Positions 43,058-46,296 of a DNA stretch of 46,296 bases are shown here, piece by piece; position 1 is the first letter of the stretch; each line of letters starts with the position of its first letter. The DNA comes from Candidatus Gottesmanbacteria bacterium (GTDB lineage Bacteria; Patescibacteriota; Microgenomatia; 2-02-FULL-39-11). The stretch spans positions 416,748 through 463,043 of the forward strand of contig JACPKY010000002.1 in the NCBI GenBank assembly GCA_016186795.1, in the 5' to 3' direction. The notes under the pieces were generated by a model. It worked only from the letters and a program-made list of their open reading frames with translations, did not search any database and was not told where the DNA came from. The translations under genes and the position numbers were made by a program.

Positions 43058-44620
43058 TTACTGATCTTTCACCGTACTTTTATTTTCCTCTCTCTTAATT
43101 ACTTCTGTCCTATCGGGAAATTTCCAGGTTGTAACTGTTATAAAACGATTTTTGGGGGTTTTGTACTCAATGAAATCATCCCGTATTGGTTGAGATGTTT
43201 CCGGAATAATTAAATAGATGAGAGATATTTTTTCCTGTGATACATCCTTCCGATAGTTTCCACGACCTAACCATTCAAACAAATAATCATAGTCATACGT
43301 ATAGATAGCCGGAGAGTAAACGAAAACAGTGAACGGTTTTTGACCATCTTCTAATATTTTCTCAACAATATTTTGTTTTGTCGAAAGTGAAGAAATGGTT
43401 AACGGATCGACAGAAAACGTCTTCGTGTAAGAAACCATATAGAGAATAACGAGAATACTTCCCCAAATTAATCCTCCCCGGATAAACATTTTTGATCCGC
43501 GGAAAAGAACGACAAGAAATAGCAGAAAAATTACCTCAAATCCAACAAAGTGATACTGCCATACTGGGTTTTTTGATGTCTCGTAGAGTGCGAGTGTAAC
43601 AGTTGCGGTAAGAAGTAAAAATCCAAAAGCCCTTCCATAAAGATTTTGATTTTCTCCTTTCACGTTTCTTTGCGAGAAGAAGTACATAAAACCTACAGCA
43701 AATAGTCCAAGTGTTGACTCAATTCCTAACCGTAGGAACGATGCGGGTATCATCAAAAAGTAGTGAAGAATTTGCAGCTTTGTTAGCCCAGTCTGGCCTA
43801 CAGATGCAGAATTATAGAGTGCCGCCTGTGTAAATGTTTGCCAAAACGCTTTCGTTTGCGTAAATCCGTGCCGAAACTCAAAAGTAAGTATCGGGAGATA
43901 GGTCAGAAAGACTCCTGCACAAAAAGTAAGAAAAACAACTGCCCTCTTTTTCCATAGTATCCTCCGGGTGGATTTTTTACTTTTCATCAAGGAAGAAATA
44001 CTCTCGATACCGAGAAAGATAAGTGTTGAGAGGAAAACTCCCAACCCAAACGATAAATGAATATTCAGAATAAAACCGCTGCAAAGTCCTGCAAGAAAAA
44101 TTTTCCAAATTTCTTTCTTTGCCTCAAATTCAGATCTTGAAGTAATGACAAAAAAAGCTAAAAGAAGGAAAAAAAGCGGGGTGAGATGTGGATTCCATAG
44201 AAATGTCGTGTAACGTTCATAAGCCAAAATAAAATATAACCAAATTAGAAAACTCGCGCCAACACCTATCCACTTTGAAAATCGAATCAAAATCAAGGGG
44301 AAAAACAAAAAGTAAGGGATTGTTAAAACAAGAAGCGTCACTATCCTCGGATCAAGTGAAACCTTCATAGCGGCACTTATTGCCCAAATCCAGTATGGAC
44401 CGTAAAAAATACCCGGAATTCCGGTAGGAGGACCGATGAGACTAAATTTTTTACTGTTTTGGGAGGCTAGCAAAAAATCTCTTGCCGGATCAAACCAAAA
44501 TGGAGTACTGCCAGAGAGAACCGAGCGCAGTGAAACGATTCCAGTGACGATAATACTTCCTAGAAAGAAAAATAAGAGAAGTTTCTTTCCCGGAAACGTA
44601 ATACGGGGATTACTCTTCAT
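43058..44620 (-). CDS. Polytopic membrane protein of unknown family, possible GT-C; first gene of the minus-strand array
   Basis: 520 aa with more than 10 hydrophobic segments. The first loop FWFDPARDFLLASQNSKKFSLIGPPTGIPGIFYGPYWIW has an acidic D..RD element. The C-terminal ~120 aa are soluble. Confidence 0.4.
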   Translation of the reverse strand: MKSNPRITFPGKKLLLFFFLGSIIVTGIVSLRSVLSGSTPFWFDPARDFLLASQNSKKFSLIGPPTGIPGIFYGPYWIWAISAAMKVSLDPRIVTLLVLTIPYFLFFPLILIRFSKWIGVGASFLIWLYFILAYERYTTFLWNPHLTPLFFLLLAFFVITSRSEFEAKKEIWKIFLAGLCSGFILNIHLSFGLGVFLSTLIFLGIESISSLMKSKKSTRRILWKKRAVVFLTFCAGVFLTYLPILTFEFRHGFTQTKAFWQTFTQAALYNSASVGQTGLTKLQILHYFLMIPASFLRLGIESTLGLFAVGFMYFFSQRNVKGENQNLYGRAFGFLLLTATVTLALYETSKNPVWQYHFVGFEVIFLLFLVVLFRGSKMFIRGGLIWGSILVILYMVSYTKTFSVDPLTISSLSTKQNIVEKILEDGQKPFTVFVYSPAIYTYDYDYLFEWLGRGNYRKDVSQEKISLIYLIIPETSQPIRDDFIEYKTPKNRFITVTTWKFPDRTEVIKREENKSTVKDQ

Positions 44621-44714
44621 AAACGCCGCTTTTCAAATGCATAAACTTTGGGTATGATCGTCTCACGTAGTGAATTTGCTTGAGTATACTAGATTTCGTG
44701 GCGCTTTTCACGCT
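44621..44714. promoter_or_regulatory. Divergent intergenic region, presumed to hold bidirectional promoters for the 40-gene minus-strand array and the plus-strand gene
   Basis: This is the only non-coding stretch over 50 nt in the window and the only strand switch. It contains the perfect palindrome AGTATACT (44683-44690), which reads TATACT on both strands. It also contains a 9-nt direct repeat CGCTTTTCA (44627-44635 and 44702-44710). No convincing -35 element was seen. Confidence 0.4.
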
Positions 44715-46296
44715 ATGTTAAGACGTTTGGCCATACTCCCAATACTAATCCTTCTTATCTCAATTCCTATACTTATCGATACATTTACTCACCAGGGAAT
44801 GTTTTTTGCCCATGATATTGAGCAAAATATTGCCCGGTTTGGAGCATTTTATAAAACACTTTCAGAAGGAAATATTCCCCCACAGTGGGCCGATGGTATC
44901 GCCAATGGCTACGGTGGGCCAATACTTATCTTTTCGTATAGCATTCCTTACTATATTGCAACAATCTTTCGCTTATTCGGATTTGATCTTGTCACCAGCA
45001 TGAAACTTCTTATTGCTTTTGTATTTATTGGCTCCGGAGTAACCATGTTTTATTGGTTGAAACAACATGTACAAAATATTGCTGCATTCGGAGGAACACT
45101 CCTCTACCTCTATGCTCCCTATCGTATCAGTGATATTTATGCAAGAGGTAGTATTCCGGAACAAACTGCATTTGTTTTTGTTCCACTCGTACTATTTGGA
45201 CTGTTTACTCTATTTCGTGCACCTTCGAAAAAAACCGTAGCCTTTCTTGCGCTCTCACTTTCTTTACTTTTTCTATCGCATCCATTCTTTATAGTTATTT
45301 TCACACCACTTTTTTTCCTTTATTCATTCTATCTTTTCAAACAGCAAAAAAAGAAAATACGCTTTCTACCCTACCCTATCTTCTCTCTTATTTTGACGAC
45401 CGGAATAACAGCATTCTCTCTTATTCCGCTACAGCTTGAAATTAAATATACTCACTACGATATAAGCCCCTTCAATGGTCGAGAATTCTACACCCAGTAC
45501 AACACATTCCCACAACTAATTCTTCCGGTATGGTCATTTCTGGGTAAATATGGCACACGAGAATATATTACCTACCAACTTGGTCTTGTCCACTGGGGAG
45601 TATTTTTTCTTTCACTACCACTACTTATCCGTCTATGGAAAAAGAAAGAAAGGCTATTTCCATTTGCGGTTGTTGCTATCTTAGGATTCCTTCTTAGCCT
45701 CTTTTTTATGCTTCCACCATCGTTTCTCGTTTATAGTGTAATTCGCCCGCTTCAACAAATTCAATTCCCTTGGAGATTTCTCGCTTTATCTACAACTTCT
45801 CTTGCAATTATCTATGCTATACTTTTGGAATCAACGAAAACTCAGAAAGTGTTACTGTTCTGCCTCACTTTTATTGCTACATTGATCCTCTATCTTCCCT
45901 TTGCTAAAGGACACGACTATACATATAGAAAGGATTCATACTACCTAACAGAATTTGAAACAAATACAGAAGGACCAGGAACACAACCCCGATGGGCAGC
46001 AAATCCTGAAAATTATGCCCGCCCTTCTCATCCTATTGAGATAATCGAGGGAAAAGGAGTAATTATCCCTGTAAAGAGAGATACTACCCATCATATTTTT
46101 GAGGTCACTTCTGAAACTCCAGTTCGAATTGTTGACAACACATTCTATTTTCCCGGATGGACCGTTGCAATTGATGGAAACTCTACTGATATTCAGTTCC
46201 AAGATCCCGACTATCGAGGCTTGATTACTTTTCTTGCCCCTCAGGGATCCCACACAATTACTGTTTCCTTCGGTCCTACAAAGGTGAGAAAACTCT
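44715..46296 (+). CDS. PTPS-related/YfhO-like polytopic membrane protein (paralogue of 41362-43044); 3' end beyond the window
   Basis: Not in the ORF track. The frame from ATG 44715 is open to the window end: MLRRLAILPILILLISIPILIDTFTHQGMFFAHDIEQNIARFGAFYKTLSEGNIPPQWADGIANGYGGPILIFSYSIPYYIA... It aligns with the 41362-43044 product at both the N-terminus (G.IPP.W....GYG.P) and the C-terminus (YFPGWTVAIDGNSTD...APQGSHTITVSFGPTK versus FFPGINLFIDGRQTS...LPQGEHGVEVKFTPTK). An in-frame stop lies at 44655. GTG 44670 and TTG 44676 are alternative starts. Confidence 0.8.
   Translation, partial: MLRRLAILPILILLISIPILIDTFTHQGMFFAHDIEQNIARFGAFYKTLSEGNIPPQWADGIANGYGGPILIFSYSIPYYIATIFRLFGFDLVTSMKLLIAFVFIGSGVTMFYWLKQHVQNIAAFGGTLLYLYAPYRISDIYARGSIPEQTAFVFVPLVLFGLFTLFRAPSKKTVAFLALSLSLLFLSHPFFIVIFTPLFFLYSFYLFKQQKKKIRFLPYPIFSLILTTGITAFSLIPLQLEIKYTHYDISPFNGREFYTQYNTFPQLILPVWSFLGKYGTREYITYQLGLVHWGVFFLSLPLLIRLWKKKERLFPFAVVAILGFLLSLFFMLPPSFLVYSVIRPLQQIQFPWRFLALSTTSLAIIYAILLESTKTQKVLLFCLTFIATLILYLPFAKGHDYTYRKDSYYLTEFETNTEGPGTQPRWAANPENYARPSHPIEIIEGKGVIIPVKRDTTHHIFEVTSETPVRIVDNTFYFPGWTVAIDGNSTDIQFQDPDYRGLITFLAPQGSHTITVSFGPTKVRKL

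Noticed and set aside
44664-44674. Short inverted repeat TCAC-GTA-GTGA in the divergent intergenic region.
   Set aside because: It has only 4-bp arms, which is too short to distinguish from chance.
44806-45003. Track ORFs 44806-45003 (+), 44973-45164 (-) and 45945-46253 (-) at the right end of the window.
   Set aside because: They are superseded by the long open frame from ATG 44715 to the window end. That frame is paralogous to 41362-43044 at both termini, and the track ORFs are out of frame or antisense to it.
1-46296. Alternative genetic code (UGA recoded, as in some candidate phyla).
   Set aside because: TGA terminates several well-defined genes exactly at ATGA start/stop overlaps (for example 1690, 4404, 5618, 24074, 25018, 39767 and 41362). 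No family-conserved ORF is interrupted by an in-frame stop.
1-46296. Searched for CRISPR arrays, tRNA/rRNA genes, transposases/integrases, terminal inverted repeats, toxin-antitoxin pairs or defence-system genes.
   Set aside because: None found. Non-coding space is under 400 nt in total, and no spaced direct-repeat arrays are present. Every large ORF has a plausible glycan-biosynthesis or membrane-glycosyltransferase assignment.

Overview
This window looks low-GC (roughly mid-30s % by eye, not computed). It is essentially one very large cell-surface glycan locus. Forty consecutive minus-strand CDSs span 1-44620; the largest intergenic gaps are 49, 45 and 35 nt, and at least 12 junctions are 1- or 4-nt stop/start overlaps (ATGA or TAATG). 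One divergent plus-strand CDS (44715 to >46296) is missing from the ORF track because it runs off the window. A partial GT2 gene at 1-419 is missing for the same reason. In transcription order (right to left) I see five blocks. (i) A GT-C-rich membrane block holds eight large polytopic putative GT-C glycosyltransferases, including three paralogue pairs. It also holds several GT2/GT4 enzymes, a DUF2304 small membrane protein, GalE and a UGM-like flavoprotein. (ii) A 6-deoxy/L-sugar and tailoring block holds a GME-like SDR, an Fcl-like enzyme, an RmlD-like enzyme, a NodU-type carbamoyltransferase and an AsnB-type amidotransferase. (iii) A Wzm/Wzt ABC exporter follows, whose Wzt carries a C-terminal extension. 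(iv) Next come an Fe-alcohol dehydrogenase, a DegT aminotransferase and a methyltransferase. (v) Last is a nonulosonic-acid (Pse/Leg/Sps-type) module: NeuB-family synthase, PseG-like hydrolase, cytidylyltransferase, aminotransferase, hexapeptide acetyltransferase and an unusual CBS-SDR fusion. I found no rRNA, tRNA, CRISPR, transposase/integrase or recognisable defence genes. TGA, TAA and TAG all terminate ORFs, so the code is standard. The gene content suggests an uncultivated small-genome lineage (CPR/Patescibacteria-like); a DPANN-type archaeon cannot be excluded from this window, and this is inference only. All family calls come from motif recognition by eye, with no database search run. 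The most interesting points are: a NulO module with no recognisable 4,6-dehydratase placed next to a KdnA/KdnB-like oxidase/aminotransferase pair; the CBS-SDR fusion; a GT-C/GT2/DUF2304 triad; and the hybrid ABC-exporter plus GT-C assembly logic.
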